In this document: positions 19,395-30,127 of the stretch, in pieces
How positions within the stretch are numbered: position 1 is the first letter of the stretch
Layout: each line of letters opens with the position of its first letter
Origin: Candidatus Bathyarchaeota archaeon
GTDB taxonomy: Archaea; Thermoproteota; Bathyarchaeia; 40CM-2-53-6
Direction: 5' to 3'
Length of the DNA stretch: 64,000 bases
NCBI GenBank assembly: GCA_963733055.1
Contig: CAVTBR010000001.1
Location: 64,001 to 128,000, forward strand
Notes under the pieces: model-generated
Databases searched by the model: none
Seen by the model: only the letters and a program-made list of their open reading frames with translations
Told to the model about the DNA's origin: nothing
Translations under genes and position numbers: made by a program

Positions 19395-20291
19395 TCAGCT
19401 CTCGGCCACCGCGAAGATCGACATGAGTACTAGAATCGCGCCTAGAAGTGTTGCAGCAGTATAACCCTCACTAAGTAGTACGGTGGAAAGTACCATGGCC
19501 GCCACGATCTCCAACAATCCTACAACAGACGTAAGCGTTGCCGTAACTGCCTTCAACGCAAAGATCCATAACACGTACGGTATTACAGTGCAAGCAATCG
19601 CAGTAAACGCCACCCACCCCCAGCCCACTACCGAAATATTTCCCATCCTTAGGCCCCCCAACAATAGAGCTGCGGGAAAGAGGACGATTGATGTTGCAAG
19701 CATGACCACGGACGACATCTCGATCACGTTTCTATCGCGCTGCATTTGCAGCCGTTTATGAATGACAATGAACAGTGCGAAGATGAGCCCCGAAACGAAA
19801 GCAAACAAATCACCCTCGAGTTGGCCCTGCGTAAGACCGGATAAATCTCCGTTCGTAGTAATCAGCGCCGCTCCGACGACGCCCAGCACTACACCCAGCT
19901 GCTTCCGTAACCCGAATGATTCGCCAAAAATTCTCCAACTGAGTATGGCCACCACGATTACGTTCAAGTCGATTAGTAAGGCGGTCTTTGCGGCCGTTGT
20001 GTATTCAAGCCCGAGGAACTGGAATAGATAACCCATTCCGCTGATCAAGCCAAGTCCCCAGACCGCAGGCTCTCTAAGGGCACTCGACCTGAAACTCCCG
20101 CACCACGCGAGAACAACTAAGAGTATACTTGCGGTTACGATTGACCTTAGGAAAGCGAAGTCGTATGGGTCGACGAATGTTAGTCCTATTTTTATGGAAA
20201 CAAAAGAGGCGCCCCAGAGAACGCTGGTAACGACGAGGAGCGCTATCGCTGAGTTATTGCCCTGTTCCATTCGAGAAGTTAGGCGCCGCAT
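19395..20291 (-). CDS. DMT/EamA family transporter
   Basis: 'LWGASFVSIK', two EamA halves, about 10 TM. Confidence 0.9.
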   Translation of the reverse strand: MRRLTSRMEQGNNSAIALLVVTSVLWGASFVSIKIGLTFVDPYDFAFLRSIVTASILLVVLAWCGSFRSSALREPAVWGLGLISGMGYLFQFLGLEYTTAAKTALLIDLNVIVVAILSWRIFGESFGLRKQLGVVLGVVGAALITTNGDLSGLTQGQLEGDLFAFVSGLIFALFIVIHKRLQMQRDRNVIEMSSVVMLATSIVLFPAALLLGGLRMGNISVVGWGWVAFTAIACTVIPYVLWIFALKAVTATLTSVVGLLEIVAAMVLSTVLLSEGYTAATLLGAILVLMSIFAVAES

Positions 20292-20310
20292 TTACGGGAG
20301 CAGGCTAGGG

Positions 20311-20775
20311 TTAGACCTGTTGCCCGATTCGGTACGTGTAGATAGTGTGTCCCAGAAGCTCGTCGTAAACCGCGCTGGGTTTCCAACCGGGAACTTTGAA
20401 ATCATGCGATACGACGCGGGCTCCTTGTTTCAATTCCGATTCAAGCTTCGGTCTAAGTCGGTCGTTTGCGCTTGAGGTGAGGTAAAGCGTGACTACGTCT
20501 GCGTCTGAGATATTGACATCGAAGAAGTTCCCCTGAATCACTTTCACTTTGTCTTCGACGTTCAGACGCTTGATCTCTGTTCTCGCCCGCTCAACTAGAT
20601 CCTCCCTTAACTCGACTCCGGTAGCCTTGGCGCCAGCGTCTTTGCCAGCAAGTATGATCAGCCGACCGTCTCCACACCCTAGATCGTAGAGGCTTTCTCC
20701 CGGTTTGACTTGAGAGAGTTCAAGCATCTTCTTCGCTACTTCTAGCGGTGTCTGAACAAAAGGCGCAATGCTCAT
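20311..20775 (-). CDS. Class I SAM-dependent (protein-lysine-type) methyltransferase
   Basis: 'APFVQTP', 'YDLGCGDGR', 'ADVVTLYL', 'VVSHDF'; start placed at ATG 20775. Confidence 0.9.
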   Translation of the reverse strand: MSIAPFVQTPLEVAKKMLELSQVKPGESLYDLGCGDGRLIILAGKDAGAKATGVELREDLVERARTEIKRLNVEDKVKVIQGNFFDVNISDADVVTLYLTSSANDRLRPKLESELKQGARVVSHDFKVPGWKPSAVYDELLGHTIYTYRIGQQV

Positions 20776-20815
20776 CGGTTGAGGCTTCCAAAACTGCGGT
20801 CCGAGGCTGTGTGAT

Positions 20816-21181
20816 TTATGCGTATCGTCTCTCAGCTTCGGCGCGTTCACCCTTGGCCGTCTTCGACCCAACTGGCAGACTCTTCTCCTTTTTCCCGGTC
20901 CATCTGACGTCTTCCTCTAGAAATTGAACGCAGACATCCTTGAATTGCTTGAAGATCTCTTTCAACTCCTCATGAGTGAAGGTGTCGATGAAAGATGGAT
21001 TCCTGAGCCAGCTGTCCCAACCGCGGACGCTCTCGAAGAGCGCAGAATTCATGCGAATCAAAGACGCATACAGAGCGAGCCGATCCGCCGGTTCAAGCTT
21101 CTTAATCTCGTCCAATGCCTTGTTTCGTTCATCAGTCCAAGACAAATTTTCAGGAGCACCTTTCCCGCCCACAGTGGCCAC
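20816..21181 (-). CDS. Conserved archaeal protein (DUF2153-like)
   Basis: 'DRLALY...SVRGWDSWLRNP...EELKEI...FLEED'. Confidence 0.65.
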   Translation of the reverse strand: MATVGGKGAPENLSWTDERNKALDEIKKLEPADRLALYASLIRMNSALFESVRGWDSWLRNPSFIDTFTHEELKEIFKQFKDVCVQFLEEDVRWTGKKEKSLPVGSKTAKGERAEAERRYA

Positions 21182-21323
21182 CGTAATTTAGCCTTATTCC
21201 TGAAATCAGAAAAACCAACCATCCACTGATCCCATAATCGCCGTGTTCGCAAACCAAAAGCAGCAACCACGACACTACCAACGCTTAGATAGGCTATTGC
21301 AGACAGCATTTGGGGCAGCAAAG

Positions 21324-22109
21324 TTGGTTAAGATAGAACCCGTTGTGATCAAACTAGCCGAGACTAAGCTTGACCCAGCAGGCGTTCAGAAATTTATGGA
21401 AGTTTACAAGGCGAGTGATTGGCTCCAGAGAGTTAGACCAACCCAAGCGAATGACACCGAATTTCTTATCGAACTCTCCGGCCGCGCTTGCTACAAATCT
21501 TACGGCGTAGGTCTCAACCCCAATGTAACTAAGATCCGGGAAGACTCTCGTGCCTACCTGACTAACGTCCTTGAGAAAGGGGACGGAAGCATACTTGAAC
21601 ATGCGACCGTGACCTTCGCATTCCTCAATGTTAGTCGCGTTATGACGCATGAGTTAGTCCGCCACAGAGCCGGGACCGCAATAAGTCAAGAAAGTCTACG
21701 ATACGTTCGTCCCCGCGAAATTTCTCTGTGGCTGCCCCCAGACCTGGAATCAGTCTCGAAAGAGTTCCAAAATGTCGTTCAGGAAATCGAAAAACAGTAT
21801 CACGAGCTAGAGTCGAAATTTGACTGGGATAGGATGCCTTTCGACCAAAAGAAACGGGTCACTTCGGCCTTGCGCAGGATTCTTCCCGACGGGATAGCGA
21901 CCAATGTTATTTGGACCGCTAACCATCGAACGTTACGGTGGGTTATCGAGATGCGCACCGACCCAAGCGCGGAGGTTGAGATTCGCAAGGTCTTTGGCCA
22001 GGTCGCTGAAATTTGCATGCGAGACTATCCGATCCTCTATTCGGACTTTACAAAGAAACAGCTTCCGGATGGGACCTGTCAGTACACACCAAAGTTTTCC
22101 AAAGTGTAA
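21324..22109 (+). CDS. thyX: FAD-dependent thymidylate synthase
   Basis: 'SILEH', ThyX motif RHR-x-SQESLRY, 'EIR'; likely TTG start at 21324. Confidence 0.93.
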   Translation: MVKIEPVVIKLAETKLDPAGVQKFMEVYKASDWLQRVRPTQANDTEFLIELSGRACYKSYGVGLNPNVTKIREDSRAYLTNVLEKGDGSILEHATVTFAFLNVSRVMTHELVRHRAGTAISQESLRYVRPREISLWLPPDLESVSKEFQNVVQEIEKQYHELESKFDWDRMPFDQKKRVTSALRRILPDGIATNVIWTANHRTLRWVIEMRTDPSAEVEIRKVFGQVAEICMRDYPILYSDFTKKQLPDGTCQYTPKFSKV

Positions 22110-22114
22110 GCTAG

Positions 22115-22333
22115 TCAGCCAAGCAACAACAGCAACGACCCGACCAAATAATAGAACAGCAGCACCGAACCGAAACCCAATCTAACGATACTGTGCGTAG
22201 CAGGAAGATTTCGCCCAAAGAAATCGAAAGTACCTTGACCTTTCGTTATGGCGTACCGGTATACGTTAGTGTCATAGACACCGAAGATTAGTAAACAGAC
22301 ACCAACGAATTTCAAGAATAGCCCAGGTAACAT
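22115..22333 (-). CDS. Small 2-TM membrane protein
   Basis: Two hydrophobic segments. Confidence 0.5.
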   Translation of the reverse strand: MLPGLFLKFVGVCLLIFGVYDTNVYRYAITKGQGTFDFFGRNLPATHSIVRLGFGSVLLFYYLVGSLLLLLG

Positions 22334-22450
22334 GCCACCCTACCTGAAGTAGTTTAGAACAAAAGAGGCTATAACGTCAATGATCCATGCTTCTGAACGG
22401 GATTGAGCGGCGCAAATTCATGGCGCTAGCTCGATTAGAGGGAAAAAATA

Positions 22451-23236
22451 TTGTCTGAACCATTCTGGAAAACGGCTATTTCGAAAGTTGAACCGAACAA
22501 GATTGTAGTTCGAGGTTACAACCTAATGGACTTAGTCGGCAAATACAGTTACGCGGGCTTGACCTACTTGCTTTGGCGCGGGGAGCTTCCCACGGAGGAG
22601 CAATCCCGCATGATGGACGCGCTCTTGGGTGTCTGCCTTGAACATAGCCTCAACTCGCCGTCTGTTGATGCTACACGTTTTGTGGCCTCGTGTGGGGTTC
22701 CATTGCAGTCAGCAGTTTCCGCTGGGGTTTCAGCCATTGGAGACTGGCACGGAGGAGCAATCGAGCAGGCAGCAAAACTCCTTCAGGATGGAGTCTCAAA
22801 AGCGAGAGATAGCAAAGGTTCGCAGCGGGATACAGCTGAAGCCATTCTCCAGAGATACAGTGAGCGTAAAGAGAAAGTGCCTGGATACGGCCACCCCACC
22901 CACACTCATGATCCACGGACAAAGAAACTTCTTGAAATTGCAGACCAGACTCGACTGCGTGGATCACACGTCGAACTTGCCGAGAACATCGAATCGTTAA
23001 CCGAGAGGTTCTTTCACAACCATCTGATCTTGAACGTGGATGGTTGCATAGCGGCAATAATTTCTGACATGGGGTTTGACTGGAGATTGGGCAAGGGGTT
23101 CTTCATCGTGAGTCGCACTCCAGGATTGGTAGCTCACGCCTACGAGCAGATGTACTTCGATAAACCCTACAAATCGGCAAGTTGGAATGAGATTGTGTAC
23201 ACCGGCCCCGCTGAGAGACGGGCGCCGGGACAGTAA
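22451..23236 (+). CDS. Citryl-CoA lyase (citrate-synthase small-domain family)
   Basis: 'WKTAISK', 'IGDWHGGAIE', 'PGYGH', 'DPR', 'NVDG', 'RTPGLVAH'. Confidence 0.88.
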   Translation: MSEPFWKTAISKVEPNKIVVRGYNLMDLVGKYSYAGLTYLLWRGELPTEEQSRMMDALLGVCLEHSLNSPSVDATRFVASCGVPLQSAVSAGVSAIGDWHGGAIEQAAKLLQDGVSKARDSKGSQRDTAEAILQRYSERKEKVPGYGHPTHTHDPRTKKLLEIADQTRLRGSHVELAENIESLTERFFHNHLILNVDGCIAAIISDMGFDWRLGKGFFIVSRTPGLVAHAYEQMYFDKPYKSASWNEIVYTGPAERRAPGQ

Positions 23237-23257
23237 GAGTTCGGTGGACTTGTCGAT

Positions 23258-23866
23258 TTAGATGTCCGAATTGCTTAGCTTGCGTGCGGTCCTAAAGTTG
23301 CCTGACCGTTCATAGTATTTTGCGGCCCATTCGTTTGCCTCTCTAGCTAGTTTGGGCATTTTCTCTTTCTTGAACTGTTCCGCGGTATCTGCGAAGAACT
23401 GTGCGGCTCTATTGAAATCCCGAATCCTTGTGCAGAGGTGCGCCGCGAAGAGCATCTCGTGGCTATAGCCCTCCTTGCCGGCCCCTAGGCAGATGCTAAG
23501 CGCGTTTAGGTAGCCCCTGGCCGCATTACGCATCGCCAGGCGAGGCGCGTAGTCTTGTATGGCGGAACGAAATTCAACCATACCGTAATAGGCCCTCTCC
23601 GATGCTCCCATGATTTTGTTTGGGAGCTTCATGTAGCCCTGTCCAGCTTTCTCATGCCAATGTGCGGCTTGGTTCATTGAACCGAGTTTCTCGTAGCACC
23701 TAGCTATGGCCTGATAGATTCCCACACGGTCTAGACTAGAACCTCGTGTCGCAAGTTTTCTGTAGCACACGATGGCCCCACGATAATCCGCTTTGAGCTC
23801 AGCTTCAATTGCTGAGTTCAGAAGATCCATATGTCGGAGCTTCCAAACTAAGAATTTAGCATTCAC
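23258..23866 (-). CDS. TPR-like helical repeat protein
   Basis: Repeated 'A..Y/F..A...Y' helices. Confidence 0.6.
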   Translation of the reverse strand: MNAKFLVWKLRHMDLLNSAIEAELKADYRGAIVCYRKLATRGSSLDRVGIYQAIARCYEKLGSMNQAAHWHEKAGQGYMKLPNKIMGASERAYYGMVEFRSAIQDYAPRLAMRNAARGYLNALSICLGAGKEGYSHEMLFAAHLCTRIRDFNRAAQFFADTAEQFKKEKMPKLAREANEWAAKYYERSGNFRTARKLSNSDI

Positions 23867-24512
23867 TTTCGAGAATCTTGACTTCGCATTTTACTAGCTT
23901 CTGAAGAGCTTCGGCGTCCTTTCGCTCGCCAACAATTGCCCCGTAGTGCATGGGAATTACTACCTTCGGGTTTATCGCCTTCGTAGCCTCAGCCGCCTCC
24001 TGAACGGTCATTACGTAAGTGCCAGACACCGGAAGAAGAGCAACCTCGGCCCGCGTTGTTTTCATCTCTGGTATGTGATCAGTGTCACCCGCATGGTATA
24101 TGCGGACGCCGTTCAGGGTTAGCACGAAACCCAACTTCCCGTCTTCCTTTGGATGGAATACCTTACCCGGTTCTCTGAATTTGTTTACATTGTACGCCGG
24201 AACAGCTTCGACTTCAAGCCCGCCGACTTTGATCTTGTCTCCCGGTTTCATTATCTTGATTTCTTTCGGTTTCAGTTTTGAGAGTTCATCTTTCGATTGA
24301 TGATGGGCAATGATGGTCGTGTTGGGTCCCATGATCTGCTTCAGATCGTCCGCGCTAAGGTGGTCGAAGTGTTCATGGCTTATGAGAACAACGTCAGCCT
24401 TCCGGTCACTGCCCTTGATCTTAAACGGGTCAATGTAGATCGTTTGGCCGTTTTGAATTCGAAAACCGTCATGCCCTAACCAAGTTATCTTAACGCCTTT
24501 GTAGTCGTACAT
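23856..24512 (-). CDS. MBL-fold metallo-hydrolase (UPF0173-like)
   Basis: 'WLGHDGF', 'SHEHFDH', 'YHAGDT', 'IPMHYG'. Confidence 0.92.
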   Translation of the reverse strand: MYDYKGVKITWLGHDGFRIQNGQTIYIDPFKIKGSDRKADVVLISHEHFDHLSADDLKQIMGPNTTIIAHHQSKDELSKLKPKEIKIMKPGDKIKVGGLEVEAVPAYNVNKFREPGKVFHPKEDGKLGFVLTLNGVRIYHAGDTDHIPEMKTTRAEVALLPVSGTYVMTVQEAAEATKAINPKVVIPMHYGAIVGERKDAEALQKLVKCEVKILESEC

Positions 24513-24661
24513 ACTCGAATCTAGTGAATACTAGAATCGATTTTAGTTTAAAAACGATACCTCCCATTATAACCCACGCTTTGTGACCCGCCAACATCTC
24601 CAATCCTTTTGAATGCCCTACCTCCATCTTAACATGCAGGGCATGATCGCGAGGCATTAGG

Positions 24662-27519
24662 ATGTCTCAACAGGTCTTCCAGAACCTTTCAGAGCCGATT
24701 CGACTCGCGCTCGCCGAGTCCGGAATCCGAACGCCAACTCCGCCTCAGACAATTGCCATTCCGAAGATAATGGCGGGGGGCAACATCTTGCTCATAGCTC
24801 CGACAGGATCTGGCAAGACGGAGGCAGTTCTCCTGCCGATTCTGGACCAACTTACGAAATTGGAAAGGCGCCAAGGGATTTCGATCATCTACATTACCCC
24901 CTTGCGGGCGTTGAATCGCGACTTACTCAAGAGACTGGATTATTGGCATTCTAAACTTGGGTTTACAGTTGAAATTCGCCACGGGGATACTCCTCAGAAG
25001 GATAGACGAAGACAATCGCTCAAGCCACCCGACTTCCTGGTAACGACGCCAGAAACGCTACAAGCAATCTTGCCTGGGAAACGGATGCGGTCACACTTGA
25101 GCAATGTTCGTTGGGTGATTATTGATGAAGTTCATGAATTGGCCGGGGAGAGGCGTGGCGCACAGTTAACGGTGGGACTGGAGAGGCTAAGGAAGGTTAC
25201 GGGCAAAGATTTCCAAAGAATTGGGCTTTCAGCTACGATTGGGAACCCCGAACAGGTTGCCGGATTTGTCTCCGGCGAACGACCAGTTGAGGTGGTTCAG
25301 GTTCTGCCGCCGAAAGAAGCGAAGTATTTCGTTGAATTTCCTCACCCCACCGATGAGGACAACGTAGTGGCACAGAGCCTGTACACGGCGCCCGAAGCTG
25401 CTGCACGTTTGAACAGGATCTGGGAACTTGCTGAGAATCACGACTCAACTTTGATTTTTGTAAATAGTCGTACTAACGCTGAAACCCTTGGTTCTAAGTT
25501 TCATCAGTTAAAGCGCAACGTAGGCGTGCATCATGGCTCGCTTCCGAAGGAGGAACGAGTACGAGTGGAGAATGAGTTCAAGAGCGGAAAAATCAAAGCC
25601 TTAGTGTGTACCTCCACCCTTGAACTCGGCATCGACATTGGAAACGTGGATTTGACGATCCAGTACATGTCTCCCAGGCAAGTCTCTGCACTTATCCAAC
25701 GAGTGGGCAGGTCAGGCCACAGCCTCGACCGTGTCTCCGAAGGACAAATCATGGCCGTATCAACTGAAGATATTCTCGAATCAGTTCGCGGCCATTCAGA
25801 AAGCTTTGGAGAAGTCTGTTGAGCCGATCACGATTCATGAAAAATCGTTAGATGTACTTGCGCATCAAATCGCAGGAATCATCCTGGAATCAGACGGAGA
25901 GATTGGAGCGGACGAAACGCTTGAGCTGATTCGCCGTGCCTACCCATACCGAGAGCTCACTATGGTGGAATTCGATAGGGTAGTTGCGTTCATGGAGAAG
26001 ATGCGCTACCTCTACCATGATTCCGGCGTCCTCCGACGAGGGAGTAGGCTTCGCCAGTATTATTTCGAGAACCTCTCCATGATTCCCGACGAACGCAGGT
26101 ATCAGGTCATTGATGTTTCGACCCAACAGTCAGTAGGAATTCTCGGAGAGGAATTCATGATGACCAAGGCAAGGCTCGGCTTACATTTCATCATAAAAGG
26201 AAAAGTTTGGCAAATCGAACAGATCTCCGACGACGCAAAGGTCTACGTCACTCCAGTGGAGGACCCAACAGCAGCCGTCCCAGGATGGGACGGCGAAATG
26301 CTACCACTCCCATTCGAGCTAGCACAGAGAGTCGGCCGGCTCAGATCAGAGACCTCCGACTCCCTAGAGAAGAATGGAGTTAGCGGCGCAGTGGAACACA
26401 TCGCAAAGGCCTGGCCCACTGAACGGTTCGCAGTACGCAAAGTCGTCGAAGAACTCCACGACCACCGAGAAACCGGCGCCCCTGTCCCAACAGATGAGTT
26501 GATGTTGCTCGAAGGTTTCGATCGTTTCTTGATAATCCACGCCGCTTTCGGAGAGACGGTGAACAACACCCTCGGTGAGCTCTATGAAGAGCTGCTTTCA
26601 AGGGAAGGGTTGGTTAGGCAATGGTGGGCGGACGGATACAGGATACTTCTAGAACTAACCACAACTACCCAAGACCTATCCCTTGAAGACATGCGTAGAA
26701 AGCTATTCGAAGTAGAGCCCGGCGCTCTTGAAGGCATATTCAAAGGAGTTCTGCACAGGCACTTTCCGTTCGGATACTACATGAAATTTATCGCGGAACG
26801 TTTCGGCGCTCTTCGCCGTCGGCCTAATGTTCTCAGGAGACAACCTGAGAGAACTAGGAGTAAGGTTCAGAATGACACCAATATACGACGAAACGATTCG
26901 CGAAGCCCTAATGCTTCATGTTGATTTCCCGAGAGTGCGAGAAATCTACGGGCGCATAAAGGAGGGGGATATGGAGGTTGCAATTTTCAAGTCCCAGGAC
27001 AAACCGACCCCACTCGCATTCCACCTTCTCAACAAACACATCGACGTCCCAGAATTGATAGCGCCTGAGACCGTTGAGAGAGATACTATCGAAAGGTTGC
27101 GATTCAGTCTTGACAATATGACCGTGGACCTACTATGCTTTGAATGCGGAGAAATCAACCAGGCAGAAACCGTTAAGAAACTTTCAACGAAACCCAAGTG
27201 CAATTCATGCGGCTCGTCGCTCCTCGCCGTTTCAACTTGGTCTTCAGATTACCTCTCAAGAATCCTAGAGAAGAAACGCAAAGCCGACCCCCTCGAGGAC
27301 GATGAGCGTGAATCGCTCTCGCGGGCACGACGCTCAGCCGACCTCGTACTATCCTACGGTCGGCGAGCCATTGTCGCACAATGCGTCTATGGAATCGGCC
27401 CCCAAACGGCCAGCAGAATCTTAGCCAGAATGCATGATGACGAGAAATCATTCTACAAAGACCTCCTCCAAGCCAAGCTGAAGTTCATTACCACTCGGCA
27501 GTTCTGGGACAAACCTTAG
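24662..27519 (+). CDS. lhr: Lhr-family DEAD/DEAH helicase with C-terminal Zn finger; +1 frameshifts near 25787 and 26820
   Basis: APTGSGKT, DEVH, SAT, QRVGRSGH, 'FENLSMIPDE', CxxC...CxxC, 'YGIGP'; three consecutive frames. Confidence 0.9.
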
Positions 27520-27615
27520 GTAGAAAAGTAGAACTATTTCCCTTCGCTACCAAAGGTCCAAGTATTCCAAGCCAACTTAATTACCAAACAGGCAGAAGCT
27601 TCAGGGTGGTCTGAC

Positions 27616-27807
27616 ATGCACCGTTTCCACGAGCATGAATTTCATCACGCAATGCCCATGGGGACACTGCGTTGCGTGTACTGCGGTACTCCGAAGGAAA
27701 TACTTCGGTGGTACGCTGGGAATTCGAACCTCAAGACCAGACTAAGCATCTCCGCAGGCAAAGAATCGTTCCGGATGAGCAAAATTAGGCATCCGACGTT
27801 AAACTGA
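27616..27807 (+). CDS. His-rich CxxC small protein
   Basis: MHRFHEHEFHH...CVYCG; TATA-like 'TTAATTA' about 35 nt upstream. Confidence 0.5.
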   Translation: MHRFHEHEFHHAMPMGTLRCVYCGTPKEILRWYAGNSNLKTRLSISAGKESFRMSKIRHPTLN

Positions 27808-27873
27808 AAGCAAAAGTCTGGCGGAGCGCTCCGTTTTTAAAGCTAGCCCGCTCAGCCTCGACAAAATCGAGGC

Positions 27874-28596
27874 GTGACGCGAGTGGTTGGTGACCTTCAA
27901 CGCAGGCTGGTCGAACTAAGGTTCTTTGACGGCATCGAAAAGGTCGAACATGTACTCTACTCCACAGGAGACCAGTTTTGGGTGAGATTCAACCACAAAC
28001 TGGATTTCGGAAAATTCGAGGACATCTCGAAAAAACACGGGTACGTTATGGTAAACTTCGCAAGCCTACCTTCAAAGTTACCGCGGCCAATTGCAGAGAT
28101 CATGTGGAACGGCGTCAGCCACATCATAACCAAGAATTTGAACGGCTGGTCGAAGTTCACCGCATCCTTTGGATTTGAACCGGACGGAATCGCAAAAATC
28201 GCAACCGACCTACACGGCCCCTACGAACTTTTCATTACGACACAGGAGGAGGGAGTGCAGATACTCTACGAGTATCTCGGCCTCAAATATACCGCACCCA
28301 CACCACTGACGAAAGCGGTCGCCCCTCCCAAAGCTCCGACCCCAGCACCCTTGTCGAAGCCTGCCTCCCCTGCGCCTAGGCCAGTTGCTCCTCCAGTTGC
28401 TTCAGTACCAGCACCTGCCGCTACAAAACCGGTTCAAGTGGCTCCTCCACCTGCCCAACCCTCCCCCGCTACTCCACAAACGATTCCTAAAGGGCAATAC
28501 AGACCGCACGCGTGGGGCCAATTACTCACGAGTGAGCCAAAACCTGCCCAAGAGAAAGCGACTGACCAAAAAACATCGGATAACCAAAGTAGCTAG
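27874..28596 (+). CDS. Hypothetical protein with Pro/Ala-rich C-terminal tail
   Basis: Globular ~140-aa N-terminus, then low-complexity P/A/T tract. Confidence 0.65.
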   Translation: MTRVVGDLQRRLVELRFFDGIEKVEHVLYSTGDQFWVRFNHKLDFGKFEDISKKHGYVMVNFASLPSKLPRPIAEIMWNGVSHIITKNLNGWSKFTASFGFEPDGIAKIATDLHGPYELFITTQEEGVQILYEYLGLKYTAPTPLTKAVAPPKAPTPAPLSKPASPAPRPVAPPVASVPAPAATKPVQVAPPPAQPSPATPQTIPKGQYRPHAWGQLLTSEPKPAQEKATDQKTSDNQSS

Positions 28597-28626
28597 GCTT
28601 AAGGGTCTTCTACCATGATTTGGCCC

Positions 28627-29874
28627 TCAACTCGGCTCTGGCGGAAGGACGTCTACTTTCTTTGGTGAGACCGTAAACAATACACCCTCTTCAGTGTCGA
28701 GGGAATGTGAATACAGTACCTCACCTAGGACTCTGGAGCCGGGTTCGACGTGAATGTCAACTCCATGAATCATTGTTGCCCTGCTCCGCTCCTCCAAAAT
28801 GATGGTTTTGCCATAGATTGCTTCAACATCGGCTCTCTCGCCTACCCTTATGGTGTCGGCGTAGAGTGGTCCCCTCACTCTTCCTCGATCTCCGATGACG
28901 ATGGACTCCGCCTTGACGCCGTTCTTTGTCGAGATGGCGCCGCCAATTTCAATGTCTTTGACGCTCACAGTATCTGCATCGAGGGACCCACCGATCTCTA
29001 CTCTTCCTGCGCTCAGGACTTTCTCAACTTTACACCTACCTCCCACCTCTAAACCGTCGCTCAGGGTTAGGTTGCCGCTTACCTGCAGGACCCCACCAAC
29101 ATCAATCTCCTCGCCCTCGGCATCGCCTTCGATCTCCACCTTCCCACCTACGTCTATCTCTTCGAACTTCAGGTTGCCTGAGACATTGAAGATGCCGCCA
29201 ATGTCTATTCTTTTCCCCGTGCAATTGCCTTTCAGTCGCACGGACCCACCCACATCTATTTCGTTGAATTCAAGTGGCCCTGTGGATTCGAAGCTTCCCC
29301 CTACGTCGATATCATCAGTAACTTTACCCCCTCCCACTACAACGGAGCCACCAACATCTATCGATTCGGCGTTTACTTGCTTTGTAATTCGCACAGAACC
29401 TCCGACGTCTATTTCTTCCACGTCCGCGCCCTCCGCCGCTTCTAAAGAGCCCCCTACCTCGACCGATTCCGCCTTCAGTTGGCCGTGAATTGCAATTCGG
29501 CTCCCGGTCTGTAGCCGTGCTGCGGTTAGGGCGCCCAGTACCTCGAGGTGGCGGTCGACGTCAACATCGGCCGCTGAGAGTGATCCTGATACGTGCAGGC
29601 TGCCATCCGAGATTTTGATATCATCTGAAATCTCCAGATTCCCGCGTATGTCTAGGTCGCCGTCGCGGCCGTGCAGCTCTGAAGCTTTGAGTCCGCCTTC
29701 GAAGACTACAGGGCCTTCAGTTTCCACACGCCCATCTACGGTCACAAGCTTGTCTTCCGCGTAGACTATGGCGTCTCTCTCGACTTCAAGGTCACCGTCA
29801 ACGTGACCGAGAGTTGCCTTTGATCGGCGTGCGACTGCTACGTCAGGCGTGGTTGTTTTCTCCTTCTTGTCTAG
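28627..29874 (-). CDS. Polymer-forming cytoskeletal (bactofilin-like) beta-helix protein; true start upstream of GTG 29745, probably non-canonical
   Basis: About 17-aa repeats 'EEIDVGGSV.I.G'; repeat-bearing frame continues 43 codons upstream without ATG/GTG/TTG. Confidence 0.8.
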   Translation of the reverse strand, partial: LDKKEKTTTPDVAVARRSKATLGHVDGDLEVERDAIVYAEDKLVTVDGRVETEGPVVFEGGLKASELHGRDGDLDIRGNLEISDDIKISDGSLHVSGSLSAADVDVDRHLEVLGALTAARLQTGSRIAIHGQLKAESVEVGGSLEAAEGADVEEIDVGGSVRITKQVNAESIDVGGSVVVGGGKVTDDIDVGGSFESTGPLEFNEIDVGGSVRLKGNCTGKRIDIGGIFNVSGNLKFEEIDVGGKVEIEGDAEGEEIDVGGVLQVSGNLTLSDGLEVGGRCKVEKVLSAGRVEIGGSLDADTVSVKDIEIGGAISTKNGVKAESIVIGDRGRVRGPLYADTIRVGERADVEAIYGKTIILEERSRATMIHGVDIHVEPGSRVLGEVLYSHSLDTEEGVLFTVSPKKVDVLPPEPS

Positions 29875-30089
29875 TGTATGGCTTGCTGCATTCTTGGCGT
29901 GTATGCAATAGCCATTTCGCGCCTAAATTCAATTCGGCTTAGGGCTTCTCGGTCTTTGCGTTCGAGTAGGTGCAGAGGTTTCGCCTTGTGGTGGTATACG
30001 TTATGTGCCTTGACCTGATTCCACGCGCTCGAGACAAGGCATAGAGTTCTTGTCCAATCAAATATCTTAGTTCGGAACATTTCAATCAC
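29871..30089 (-). CDS. Hypothetical small protein
   Basis: 72-aa ORF after TATA-like CTTTAATG; stop overlaps the extended frame of the next gene. Confidence 0.45.
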   Translation of the reverse strand: MIEMFRTKIFDWTRTLCLVSSAWNQVKAHNVYHHKAKPLHLLERKDREALSRIEFRREMAIAYTPRMQQAIH

Positions 30090-30127
30090 AGAATGTTCCT
30101 ATGATTTTCGTCCATTAAAGGGCAGGG

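Noticed and set aside
24662-27519. Lhr as three genes, intein-split or programmed frameshift
   Set aside because: No intein or slippery motifs; single-base removals restore one continuous helicase
28895-29488. 197-aa ORF with PPTSIS repeats
   Set aside because: Antisense shadow of the IDVGG repeats
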